Shown: positions 46,169 through 58,941 of the stretch, in pieces | How positions within the stretch are numbered: position 1 is the first letter of the stretch | Layout: each line of letters opens with the position of its first letter | Assembly (NCBI RefSeq): GCF_964204645.1 | Contig: NC_134028.1 | Span: 25,354,345 to 25,418,344, forward strand | DNA length: 64,000 bases | Direction: 5' to 3' | DNA from: Tubulanus polymorphus | Lineage: Eukaryota > Animalia > Nemertea | The notes under the pieces: model-generated | Told to the model about the DNA's origin: nothing | The model's database searches: none | What the model saw: the letters and a program-made list of their open reading frames with translations, nothing else | Made by a program: the position numbers and the translations under genes

Positions 46169-46488
46169 CAGCCATATTCACACTTCACTATTTAGAGCGT
46201 TCTAAATTTAGTTCATTCCGATTTAGAACGCACCGAACGTTCACACCAGCCATGGAGTCCATTTTAAATCGTTACATTCTGATTTGGACCAACTAGACCG
46301 ATCCAAGTATGTGTTCTAAATTTTGGAGCGGACCATTTCTCTGTGTGTGAAAAGAAACTATGCTTTTAATCACCTGTCAATCACAACATTGCATCTAGCT
46401 GGACCAGTGATAGAAAGTGAGTTAACATCGTGATTTTGGTTCGAGCCAAACTAGAACGGACTAATTAGCGATAGTGTGAATATGGCTG
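46169..46488. mobile_element. MITE with CAGCCATATTCACACT TIRs
   Basis: Perfect 16-bp inverted termini. Confidence 0.7.
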
Positions 46489-47513
46489 TAGTATTAATGA
46501 TTTGCTACGTTTGGGGCATTCTTCAATCAGGGAAGTTCTCTCCCACTTCCGGTGTGACTGCGCAATGGATGATGGATGGCGGTCACATTCTTATAATAAT
46601 TTCCGCGTAGGCGACTTCATGAATTTGCCTACAATTTTTTGTGGTCGACGGCAATCTACCTGCCCCACTAGAAAATGTTTAACATTTCAAAGTTTTATGA
46701 TATTTCCTGCGTTCCATTTCAATTAACACAAATCATTTGCCGTGAGTTTTTTTCTTGAAAGTCAAGTTGCGACGCAAGATAAGAGATTTCGTGTCTTAAA
46801 ACAAACAGATCTGATAACTACTGGTCATAATTTGGGATTCTGTGCAAAAGGCCAATTAGTGGTATCTAAATTTAACGAGTGAACTTGTTTTCAAGAAAAT
46901 TTGGATTAAAAATCAGCTTGGATCGAGCCTCCTATACAAATGATCGGCTACTATGATATAACAGGGTCAGATTGGTGTGAAAAGGGGATCTTTCGGCTTA
47001 AAAAGTTGTCGAAAATTATTTTTGTGAAAATCTGGAAATCAGTGAAAAAATCATGAAAACATGTGAGAAATTCAAGTTAAGTTTTGTCAGAATATTTTAA
47101 TCCCTCTTTGTGCCATACACTGTTGAGCTCAGAATTTATAAGTGAATATGAAAAATCTTGGAAAAAACTGAAAAATCCTGGTATTTTGTTGTGAAAACAT
47201 ATAAAAAGAGGCCAATTGATAGGATGTGATGAAATACGAAAATTCTAGAGTTCATCAATCCATGGACGTATAAACTAGATTAGATGATCTAGTTTATACG
47301 TCCATGATCAATCTGATCCCTGATATTATTTGGGTATTTTCGATTACTTCTTGCCCCAATATGGATTCAAACGTAACCATTTTGAGCTAAAACTTGTCAT
47401 AAATTGGGGCCTGCTGCTGAAATTCATTAGCATGTGATTAAATATTTAAATAGTATAGAAATTATTGTATTACATGTGTAGATATTTTGTACAGTTCCTG
47501 AAGAAAGTGTGTA

Positions 47514-47519
47514 AATAAA
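47514..47519 (+). terminator. Candidate distal polyadenylation signal of NudE
   Basis: AATAAA at the end of a long AT-rich UTR-like stretch, followed by T/GT-rich sequence. Confidence 0.4.
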
Positions 47520-48812
47520 ATATGTTTATATTTAAACACATATAGTCGATCTTGTTTCTAGAAGGGTTTTTTCTTGGCGGTTCAAATTAGAAAATGAGAG
47601 AGATGACAGGGATTTCATTCTGGGGGTCAAAAATCAAAGGTCTCAATATAAACAATATAAAGGAATGAAGCTCTCGAGCACAAATGGTTAATGACAAATC
47701 AAAAAGATGAAATAGGTCAAGGAGGTGCTGCCGTCTATGTGAACTTCGAGTAAACAAAATGGTGCAAGAGAAAGATGAAGTTTTCATTTGACGTGTGTTG
47801 GAACTCGTAATTCATGGTTAGACGGCTGGTCTGTGATACCTTGAATATGGAACCGTCGAAAACACAATCTGCAACATGCCTAGGATGCACTTAAAGGTAT
47901 TGACAAGTTTTGATTTTCAAATTACAAGCGCATTTTGAATGAACATCACTCGAATTGTGCATGCAGATGCATTGCAGCATCTTGATCTTGACAAGACAGA
48001 CAATGGAGTAGTAATGTCGGGGAACATGTTCCTGCCAGGTGCTGGGCTGGGTAATCCTGTAGACTTAATTGATGATGTAAAACTTTAATAATTGGAAAGG
48101 CTTTAATAACTCTGGCAAATTTTATTTTAGAAATATCCAACTATGCAACTTGATTGCGGTTGCGCAGTTGGGCAATTGACTTGAGGCGTTTTTATTTTTA
48201 AGCAACTCGTATCAAATGCTTAACTCTGTCGATTATTATCAACTGGAACAAATCTAATCGCCCTGAAATGACCCCACTCTCTAGAACTAGAACTTGGATT
48301 TGCTGCGATTGAAAAGGTCGCCATTTTGATTTATCGCTGAACTCTACTGTGGTTGGCGCCTTCTAGCGCCTTCTAGCGTCTCGAGGAATATTTTGGTCAT
48401 GCTGGGTATTCGCGTTGGGTACTCGCGTTGGTGCATGTGCCCAGTCCGTGGAATGAATGTGATAAGCTCGGCTAAGTCTTTGTTTGTGACAATAAATGTA
48501 GACAAGCCTATTACAGGAAGACTCATGTCACATCGTGAGGTCGAGTCACAGATTCAGCCAAGACTCACCTGAGATCTATGATCATTTTGAACTGAACTCT
48601 TTAGTCATGTGTACATTGATGTTCATTGGCTGCGACCTTAAAACCGGACTTAAGTACACTCATGTCATAAAAATTTCCCTGCTGATTCCTAAAAATCTGA
48701 CGATTAGGTCGGATCTTGAGGCTTTTGGCATCCAGTGTGAGCAGTCGACCCAGGTATAATCAGGCACTGCCATATCTGGCTCGGATCAAGAACTCTTGTG
48801 CGATCGCGGTTA

Positions 48813-49208
48813 AACCCTTTCAGTGCTCTGACTAATTAATCCTCAGGATCCAATTGTGAGTTAGAGTTAACTCTGAGTTAAAGTTAGTTCATTTTCGATG
48901 AGTTAACTCAGGGTCAAATTTTAACTCAGAACTATGGAATTGGACCCTGAAGTGCTGGAGATAATTTGAAAGTTTTAAAAAATTCCACCCCAGTGTGTTG
49001 CGAATAACGGACTTACTGCAATAGTGCGTCTACACCGCGGTGCGGTGTATCGTTAGTTACTAATATTCTAGTATTAGTTACTATTATTTCACACCAGGTG
49101 CTGCCATCTTTCAATACAGATAAAAACTAATCACGTTAACACTGATACGCGATGATGTGGTGTATTAGCGAAGTCCATCACTAATTTACACACCGCACTG
49201 AAAGGGTT
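48813..49208. mobile_element. piggyBac-like non-autonomous element with a nested family C MITE
   Basis: AACCCTTTCAGTGC ... GCACTGAAAGGGTT termini next to TTAA-like flanks. Related fragments at 43755-43900 and 45650-45731. Confidence 0.65.
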
Positions 49209-50040
49209 ATGTCTATGGCTGTACGTAAAAGGCTTTAGCTGAATGAGAGAAAAGTTCTGAAAACTGTCCCGATTTCGACCAATGTCGTCGTCTGCTCTTT
49301 ATGAGTTTTTTTTTCTAGTCATTAAGGACACCTCGCGTAATTAGGAAACATCATCGACGCCTACTTGCGATGGACGAGGCGTCAACACCTGCAGAAGGTT
49401 ACCGTCATTTAAACGTAATCAGTATTCTTCCGTTCGGTCGCCGACGGCAATCAAGGCATTCGACGTTTCGAGGTTATGCGCAGGAAACGAACAGAAATGA
49501 CGCGAATTTACAAAAACGCGCCGATATTTCGCGCATCAGCCGGTGATGATTTAATCCGATATTCGCCCGTTTGTAACGTGCGGTAAATCCGGTGTGGTTC
49601 ATTAGAACGGGTTATCCGGCTATCCTCCCACCAGAGGGCGCGCGTAACCGTATAGGGTGGCCACTGACCTGGAATACCTGGATAACTTAGGGTATCAAAA
49701 AAATCTGAAAACTCAGGGAATTCGGACTTTGTTATCGACCGCTTGTTCTGTACATGATTCAATGAAAAATGAATGAATTGTAACATTTAAACCAAGAAAT
49801 TTCTCTGAAACACTCGGGGAATTTTTTGTCATCATTCGGGGAATCGAAGAAAACTCCAAATTGAAGAATGGACCATGTTTCTCTTTGCATGAATAGAAAC
49901 TTAACTTTGTCAATCACTATTGGGTCTAACTGAGCCAGTGATAATAAGTAACAAATTTACCTGTGATGTGAACATGGCTTAGTGAAGTGAGTTTGATTGT
50001 ACCAGTGAATAACCTGGTGAGGTTGTAACCTGTTTTAGGA

Positions 50041-50390
50041 TCTGTCAGTCAGTCAGCTGGTCAGTCAGTCAGTTGGTTAGTCTGTCAGCTAGTCAGCGGG
50101 TCAGTCAGCCAGTTGATCAGTCAGCTGGTTGGTCACTTAGTTAGCCAGTTGGTCAGTCAGCTGGACTGTCAGCCAGTTGATCAGTCAGCTGGTTGGTGAG
50201 TCGTCAGCTGGTTGGTCACTTAGTTAGCCAGTTGGTCAGTCAGCTGGACTGTCAGCCAGTTGATCAGTCAGCTGGTTGGTGAGTCGTCAGCTGGTTGGTC
50301 AGCCAGTTGATCAGTCAGCCGGTTGGTGAGTCGTCAGTCAGCCAGCTGGACTGTCAGCCAGTTGACCAGTCAGCTGGTTGGTCAGTCAGT
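50041..50390. repeat. Compound CAGT/CAGC/TGGT minisatellite
   Basis: Repeats of CAGTCAGCTGGTTGGT with higher-order units. Confidence 0.9.
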
Positions 50391-51258
50391 GCGTTCAGCA
50401 CATTCTCTTCCTCTTCACACAGTAGATAGATAAGATACGCACACACTCTGCTTTGCTCTGCTGTGATTTTTTTTAGTTCCGGCTGCTGCTGTATTTTTTT
50501 TGTGAAGGTCGCCACCGATTGGTAGCTATTATAATACATCGGTTAATGAATATTTCAGTGAAAACTGGCTGCGTATTGATGAATGATGCATTACAGCATG
50601 TTCAATCAACGTTACACAGAATCCTGTTCTTGCTGTTCCCAAGAGAGAGTGAGAGGAAGGAGAGGTAGTGAAAGTATAAGAGAGAAGGAGTGAGAGGAAG
50701 GAGGAGGATAGAGGGAGAGAGGGAGGATAGAGGGGAAGTGAGCCTGCACACACACCTCACTCAATCTATTTCATACTGTCGATATTTTTATACTTGTAAA
50801 TGAACGATTAACATTTTGTCGGTTTACGCAACAAACGTTTTATAAAACCACCAGCCGCGTGCGTGCGTGCAGAGCAATGGTCTGTCTGTTTCTTTTGATT
50901 GAAAAAGCTTTCACCCCCAGTTGCATCTCTACCGCGTGCAGGGTCCCTACAACTCCTCGATTCTTTAAAAACTCTTAAATGGAAAATGCTTTTAGAGGTG
51001 CCTGAAACTCCTTTGAACAAAATTCTCGAAACTCCTTCAATTTTTAGAAAAAGGCTATTAGAAATTTTTGTCTAGTTTTATGATCATACAGTTTGTGGGT
51101 TTTTCACCCTTATAGGGGGTTACCGAATTAGAAACCAAGTTTATGTAGTGTATAGGATAAAAATTTGCTTGTTAGAAAGTACCATTTTAGGAGGAGTCTA
51201 CTGTAATTTGGATCTAGTAATGATGAAGACATTTCCTCAAAATTTGAAATTTATACAA

Positions 51259-51875
51259 ATATCACTCTCAAATCAAAAGATCAGACTTGAGCGGAGTCTA
51301 CTGTACCATCCAACTCAGATATCACTCTCAAGTCAAATGATCTGACTTGAGCGGAGTCTACTGTACCATCCAACTCAGATATCACTCTCCAGTCAAAAGA
51401 TCAGACTTGAGCGGAGTCTACTGTACCATCCAACTCAGATATCACTCTCCAGTCAAAAGATCAGACTTGAGCGGAGTCTACTGTATCATCCAACTCAGAT
51501 ATCACTCTCCAGTCAAAAGATCAGACTTGAGGAGAGTCTACTGTACCATCCAACTCAGATATCACTCTCCAGTCAAAAGATCAGACTTGAGCGGAGTCTA
51601 CTGTATCATCCAACTCAGATATCACTCTCCAGTCAAAAGATCAGACTTGAGCGGAGTCTACTGTACCATCCAACTCAGATATCACTCTCCAGTCAAAAGA
51701 TCAGACTTCAGCTGAGTCTACTGTACCATCCAACTCAGATATCACTCTCCAGTCAAAAGATCAGACTTGAGCGGAGTCTACTGTACCATCCAACTCAGAT
51801 ATCGCTCTCCAGTCAAAAGATCAGACTTGAGCGGAGTCTACCATCCAACTCAGATATCACTCTCCAGTCAAAAGA
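51259..51875. repeat. 60-bp minisatellite, about 10 near-identical copies
   Basis: Unit CTGTACCATCCAACTCAGATATCACTCTCCAGTCAAAAGATCAGACTTGAGCGGAGTCTA, with no unique spacers. Confidence 0.97.
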
Positions 51876-52342
51876 AATCTCAAGTCAGACAAATTTTTGC
51901 AGACTCAAGCGCAGTCTACTGATTAATAGATTGACTGAGACGTTGATCATTGTCGTTACGCTTGACGCGGACGACATTTGAAGAAGAAACGCGTCTAGTC
52001 AACGACGCACGTGCGCAGTTCAGACCGACGAGAAAAAATTCTGCAGCAAAAATTATGCACATCTATGTCGATGGAGACGTAGCTCGGTATTTCCTGGTAA
52101 GCCTGTTGATTGAGATTGCCGTTTGCTTCCTTAAATTATCAGGCATCACCATGGTAACCTGCCTGCTGGCTGGTTGCATGTTTGGACCCGGCATCATCGC
52201 TGCCTCTTCGTTCCCCTCGTCGTCGTCGTCATCGTACTGCCTGTGCTCCTCCTCTTTGCATTTCGTCGTATTATCCCTGCCATCATCGGCAGATAATGAA
52301 TGTCACGTGTCCGCGCTGTGATTTTTCAGCGTTGTTGCCGCC

Positions 52343-52349
52343 GCTGTTG

Positions 52350-52388
<39 letters not shown>

Positions 52389-52390
52389 TT
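52343..52390. repeat. (CTG)n tract
   Basis: Trinucleotide run just upstream of a donor-like AAG|GTATCG; a second tract lies at 54567-54632. Confidence 0.9.
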
Positions 52391-53871
52391 GCACTCTTAA
52401 AGGTATCGATATCTGATGGTTCGGGGGTCAACTATAATCGTTTTATCGATTTACGGCGTATGAACAGATATCATAATTCGTCCTTTCTGGAGCTGGCCTT
52501 CGACTGGGTGAACTTCGGTTCTCCTAGTTAGCTGACTACTGGTCGCGACTAAGGCAAAAAAATAATACCTCGTTTCTCCTAATGGGCGCATCGATACAAT
52601 TACTCGGTCAAAATTTAGTTCATTTTCGATAAAGCTTTCTGAATCCAGCTTTCATCTTTATTTTTGCCCTCCCGCATGAAACTTGAAAGGTTTCAAATAC
52701 TCGCTTAATGACGTCATATTTTCTCGGGGAATTTTCTTATATAACTTGGAAAAATCAGCAAAAAATGGGAATTTGTGAATTGGTTTGAAAGTTGTCCTGG
52801 TGAACTTGGCGCGCACTCCTGTAATTACAAGATAAAACAGCTTGAATCATTCTTTCATCGGCGTTTCACGAGCCTTCCACCGAACCTGCCATATTTTTTT
52901 CCGAGGGTCACCCGGTATATTTCACCTTTTAGAAGGGAGAGTCACTTCTCTTCTTGTCTGCGAGAATCGAATTAAATCTTCATTGCGTAATACAATAACG
53001 TAATTTGCGTCTAAGACGTTTTTCTCTCTCTCTCGACCCGGTTTCAGTTGTCGTTGACATTTAATTTGTCTTTGTTATCGACGCGTTTTTAGCGCGCTTC
53101 CTATTTTGTCGACACCCTTCGTTTCTTATAGTCTTGCGCGTGCGATGTTCGTGAAATTCAGTCGCGAAAATTCATACGATCACCGCCGGTATCCGAGTTG
53201 CGCCCGCGGGCGATTCACATGGAATTTTCAGGTATGCAAGAGAAACTTTTTTCAACTGCTAGATGCTAACTTTAGGGGCAGCTCACGGTCGATGCAAGGT
53301 ATGAATTCATCGTTTTTGAGCCTTTCTTAAAGTTTTGGTCGGTGGACTCAGATAAAATGATAGGGGGGATTTTGATCGGGGGGCATGAAGATATTTGTAA
53401 TAAATAGTTGAGACTATTTCCAGTCTTGATGAATATCATCGATAGAAACCCACAATTTCAATTTAAACAATTGCGGTTGTTATTTTCTCAAATTCCTGGA
53501 ATGGAATCCTTCCACCCATCTTGAGAGTTTATTCGAAAATGACGGTTGTAGTTACAATTATAGTATGGTGTAAAATTAGCTAGAATTTTTAATGTAATTG
53601 CTATTGGTTACTTCATGTTTTCAATGAGGGCAACAATTCAAACTTAACCGTTTTTGGCTTAAACTTTTTCGTGAAACTGGACCCTGAAGGAATTTTTTTC
53701 GCGGATGACAAAATCAGACAGAAGTTTCAACTCGGGAGAAAAACCAGGAATTATATTAACAGTATCTTTAACGATATGAAATAAGGGCAGATTTTATAGT
53801 TAGTCCTTGGAGTAATCAATGGTTAGTATATGTTGAAGGTAAATTAGTACGAGGATAAAGAATTTTGCGAT

Positions 53872-54015
53872 TCTCTCAAAGTTAAAACGATGGCTGGTAT
53901 CATAAGGGTGGCGCTTGGTTTGGCAATTGATAATGTCACGTTTATGTTCTTTAATGCGAGTGTCCGTCCGTCCTGTTTCTCCTGTTTCTCCTGTTTCTCC
54001 GATATATATTTTTTT
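53872..54015 (-). pseudogene. Degenerate GIY-YIG endonuclease fragment of a Penelope-like retroelement
   Basis: Translates as KIYIGETGETGETGRTDTRIKEHKRDIINCQTKRHPYDTSHRFNFE, matching the YIGETGR..TRxxEH...H...HxF pattern. Confidence 0.8.
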
Positions 54016-54566
54016 CAATAACACGACATGGGATCTTGGAAACACCAATTTAAATTAGTGAAGTCTCTTAATGAATATCATGCTAATTTTGAAATCTTGA
54101 AGAAAGGTTCGATTTTTTGCCACACTTGGCTAGCTGCGAATGATAGCAAGGGACAAGTCGCTCGGAAATTGGTTAAACATTAGACAGCGGATAATACCAT
54201 AATAACAATGAAGTTTTTAATCGTCTCTATGTCACTTGTTATAACGATCTTTGGAGCAACTGGTTCCAGAACTCGTGATAATCGGGACAATGAACGAAAT
54301 TTTTGTCCTAATTGGGAATTCGAAAAAAAAACACAATCGTTATTTATGATCAGATAATCGACGGGATGATCAACTGAATTTGTGTCGTAATCTGCAATCA
54401 TCATCGATCAGGACAACAGGAGGAAGTTTTCCTGATCTGAGATTCAGAATTTTGGTGGCATTGCGAGTGATGGTAGGGTTCACTTCACTGAATAGTAAGC
54501 CTACATTCATCAATCCCTGATGGGAACGATTCATGATGCTGTTAGTGAGGCTGGAAGCTATCAGTG

Positions 54567-54600
<34 letters not shown>

Positions 54601-54632
54601 ACGGCTGCTGCTGCTGCTGCTCCGGCTGCTGC
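54567..54632. repeat. (CTG)n tract in a candidate 5' exon of the zinc-finger gene
   Basis: Interrupted CTG run upstream of the donor ACG|GTAAGT at 54896. Confidence 0.9.
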
Positions 54633-56552
54633 TGGTTGGCGGTGGTTATGCACTCATTCTCTATCTCTACCTTCCATCTCTCTCTCTCAGTCGGAGTCTG
54701 TTGATCATGCAACAGGCAAGCGTTGTGCAGCCGTTAGGTAGATGCAGTCCATCAGTGCGTCTGTCCGGGATCATTCTGCTCAGAGGCTGCCGCCGCTGCC
54801 GATGCTGCTGTTACCCAGCGCTAGCTGCTGCATAGTCTCTGGCTGTGACGGCGTATGTTAGTATATACCTGGATGAAGACATCGTCCAGTTCTACGGTAA
54901 GTCTTCCATCTCTTTCTCTCTCTCTCTTTTTATGAGCGTTATCTTATATTTTTTGTTGGGAAGTTTTTACGATTCGTTCGTCGGTTCTCCCCGTCCGCAG
55001 ACATGATATTCATTCAAAAAAAGACCCGACGACTTCAAACATTCTCGTTTATGAATGAGAGATACTTATACAATCTATAGCGAGATTGTTTTACGATTCT
55101 GTACGCCGCTGGAGGGTGATATGATAGCCCCACCGCTCGCTGTGTATGAAATTAGAGATATTATTCGCGGGTGATATTTTCCGATTCCTTTCACTTCTTA
55201 TAACTTGTACGTGGTGGTTTTTTAGGTCGGTATTTTTTTTCAAATTTCTGTTGCGTGCTGGGCAGGGATTCGAACCTGATGGTAATTGAGACTTGCCGTG
55301 GTACGAAACCCTGCCACACTAGACCCAGTGCCCAGCTACATATGCCGCTTAGATGATGTCATTATTTACCAATCAGTAATCCGGTTTTTTTGTCCCGGTT
55401 TTTCCAGTTACAGTTTATCCGTGATATTGCCTTTATTTTCATTGAACTTCCATCCAGATTTTCAGCCTCTCACTTCAGAAATTAGTCAAATCAATCAAAT
55501 ATGGAATCTGGATACACACTAGCGACACCTGGTGGATACACGTGGAATCCACAGTTGAGTGCGGAATTCTCATTTTTTTGAGTTCTGCAACATCTTTGAT
55601 ATAATTTCACTGATTTGATGATGTTTAATTTCATTTTTTTAACATTTAAGAAACAGAAATTAAAAGATAAACAGTAAATTTTCATTTGCGTTTCTGCTGA
55701 GATTCAGTTAAAATCTTGAAACGTTCAAAGAATTTACATCGCGTGTTTGTTTCATGAGCTTCTAATGCAGGGCGACCACTGACCTGGAAAACCTGAAAAA
55801 TTCAAGAAAAACTCCCGGGGAATTTGACAATTTTTGTAAATGAACCGGGAATTTGGATAATGCTTTTGAACACATGTTTCTTTATCAGTTCGTTATTCAA
55901 TGAAAAATCAATGTATTGTAACATTTTGGACCGAGAAATACTTAGGATTTACCCGGGAAATTTTGTTAAATCGTGTGGAAAAATCAAGGAAAACTCAAGG
56001 GATTTGTAAATGGGCGGAAAGTGGCCGCTCTTATTGTAATAATTGAGTACACATCAGTCTACCAGAAAACGCTCCTTGAGTCCTTGATAACTTCTTTAGC
56101 TCGAAGCAATATTTCAAGGACCGCAAAATCTGTTCTAAATTTGAGAAATTGCTCTGAAAAGATGTCACTTCCCATAACCCTGTGTATGTGGAATTAACTG
56201 CGTCAAAAACACGCAGGACGCCTGAGGGCTCGAAGTCATGCTGAAATGTCGGACATTACCTTCAGGGTGCCACGGGATAATTAGGCTGTGAGAGTTTATT
56301 TCATGGATTAGAGGGTAAGATTGATGTGAGGATTGAAAAAGTCGCAAAAATCATAGAATTTGATTTTTTTTTGTAAAAGAGAAAAAAAATGTGATGAATT
56401 TCACAATTGTTTGAAAATTTGTGTACGAGAAATATTCGATGTTTACCGGTGGGATGAACGGTATTTTTGTTTGGGGTCACATTAGAGCCGAGTTTGGTAA
56501 TGTACCCCAAATTGAGCTAAATATTACTGAAGAACAATTCTCAACTATTTTG

Positions 56553-56943
56553 CAGGGTCTCTACAACTCATTGATTCCTTAAATGCTTTTAAAGGTGCCA
56601 GAAACTCCATAAATTCAAACAAAATGCCCGAAACTTCTTTGAAACTCCTTCGATTCTGAGAAATAGGCAACTAAGATTTTTTACTACGACTAAATCAGTA
56701 CAATTCGAACCAGGGACATGGTTACCCCATTAGGCGGTTGCCGAAATTAGAAACCAAGTTTAGTGGATAAGATTTGCTTATAAAACTTTGGAATTAACGG
56801 TTTACTGAGATAAACAATACTGATTTAGGAGGAGTTTACAGTAATTAGGATATGAAATTGATGCAAGCACTTCCTTGAAATTTGAAAATTTTTTCCTTTA
56901 AAACTCCTTGAATCCCAGGAATGACTTATCCGTGGGGACCCTG
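56553..56943. mobile_element. MITE family A, full-length copy
   Basis: CAGGGTCTCTAC ... GTGGGGACCCTG. Confidence 0.8.
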
Positions 56944-57595
56944 AATTAATAAGCAGACTTTAAGTATCCGTTCCTGTAAGTTTGGCACGAAGCTTCTGAA
57001 CCGATGAGTTGAAATGTCGGTGTAAACGTATGCAACATCGACGTGAAGAAAATCAGGAGCTATTTTCGTGAGAAATCAATGATATATTGATGAATAAGTA
57101 GCGTTTGCATCTCGGCCCCCGATGATGCTGGAATGTTGAGCTGCAGAGATATTTACTCCGGTAAGCTTCAGGTACTCTCACACGCACACACGGCTCCTCT
57201 CAGCTGCTGCATCAGCACCATCTCTACCATCATCATCATCATCAGCATCATTGATCCGAAAATATTCTCCGCAAAAAGAGAGCTGGAAAGAAAATTCGGC
57301 TTTTTATCTTCGCGGGGTTTGTGTTATTCCGACGCGCGAGCTACGGCGGAAATTATCCGCGCTCGAAAATAAGCGCCCGGTGTCATGTCTCGAGAGCATT
57401 TCTAACAACCAAAAAACCGCAAGTCTTTCGGTGAAAATGTGTCGCTATTGTCTGATTTTCCAGAAAAATGTTCTCGATGCTGCATTCGACGCATTTGTGA
57501 CATCGTTATGAGATTGAAACGTGTTTATCCGTGAACAATGGAAATAAATAGAAATCCAACAATTTGAAGACTGAAAATCAAACACTTTTTATATA

Positions 57596-57640
57596 TATTC
57601 CTGAAGATGACTATAGATATAGTCAAAATGTCGAATTGAT
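57596..57640 (+). ncRNA. Decayed hammerhead-ribozyme-like motif
   Basis: ATTC-CTGAAGA-T-GACTAT-AGAT-ATAGTC-AAAA-TG-TC-GAAT; the GAAA core is mutated to AAAA. Confidence 0.45.
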
Positions 57641-58941
57641 AAATCATTAGCTGAAAGGAAACTTTTCGGACTTCATCTTTCTCGTTTTATTAGTGTGGTA
57701 TTTTCTATATATCGTCACAATACGGAATAGTGTTTCATCAATTGGTTGCCACAACTTTTCTTCAGCTGTCGTCCTATTCCACCTGATGATTAGCCTTTTG
57801 CACACGGCATTTATTAACACGAAACAGAAATGTTTTTCCGGCTTGTTTCTTGACTGTGCTCATCGCTGTGAAACCTGAAACATGAAGCATGAAAGGTTTA
57901 TTGAATGAAACGCTGTTTTACCTGAACCAGTGTCAAATTGTTTTTGTGCCCAAGCCAATCATTCGTAGTGGCACCAAATCCCTATTTGACACTGACCAAA
58001 TTTGGCCCAACAAAAAAATGTTGCACCAGGCCCGTACCAAATTTTAGCAAGGGTCCAATAATTGTGCGCAACCGAGCATGGTTTTGGAACTAACTCGCCT
58101 CACTTGCCACGGTATCATTTTTATAGCGTTTCAGTAAGGAGTGAGACCACGTGAAACGAGCTCTGAAATTAGATGCCGACCAAATTAGGGTCTCGTCTGG
58201 GCCGGTTTGAATCGGGTCGAATCGTCTGCGCGCGACCGCGGCTCGTATCAGACTCTGTGACATCAATCTGTCAATTCTGCGTGATGACAAAAATATTACG
58301 ACATAGAAAAATGGCCGATTTCCTGGTAGTAGTATCCGATCATGCGGCATTCATAGACTGCTGATAGATAGAGTATAGCCGCACTGTTCGCCAGACCTGA
58401 TTGATGATCTAAACAAATCAACCGCGGCTTCGATACTAATTAAGTCTTATTAAGCAATGAAGATCGAATGTCAATTTAATTCGAATGAAAATTACGCCGC
58501 CTTAGGGAGCTATAAATCATCTCGGAATTCGGTCTCGTCTATTAACGAGGAACCCGGAAACGGTAACAATCGGTCGTTTGTATTTGAATCAACTCATTCA
58601 TTGTTAACGTTTAACAGTCGATATTATGTTCAGTTATTCGTCATCCTCAATTATCCGCTGAAAAGACATTCGTCCCGAGTGTCTTGGATAATGGATGGTG
58701 GCGATTTATTAAACATAATTTTTGGGAAAACTCAGACGACGCTATTGACCACGCGTTTCTTTTATCAATACGTGATTCAATGAAAAATGAATGAACCGTT
58801 ACATCTTAAACCTAGAAATTTCTCAGATTCACTCACTTCAATCGTAGAACAAGTCAGTGTGAAAACTTTGAAAATGAACTTATTTCAACTGTTACTCTTT
58901 TTACTTTGACTAATCTATATTTTTTGGTTTTATATTTGCAG

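Noticed and set aside
51259-51875. CRISPR-like array, or the 122-aa repeat ORF 51347-51715
   Set aside because: Units are contiguous and near-identical with no unique spacers, the context is eukaryotic with no cas genes, and the ORF is a by-product of a 60-bp period.
54520-54835. Poly-Ala and poly-Leu ORFs (also 52182-52400)
   Set aside because: Translations of CTG tracts; the signal-peptide-like appearance is an artefact.
52298-58325. CPRC (about 52308), CRYC (about 57438) and CQFC (about 58270) as the missing N-terminal half of the zinc finger
   Set aside because: Two run into stop codons before any donor. The CQFC frame would give 16 residues between Cys and His rather than the usual 12 and lacks the conserved aromatic residue.
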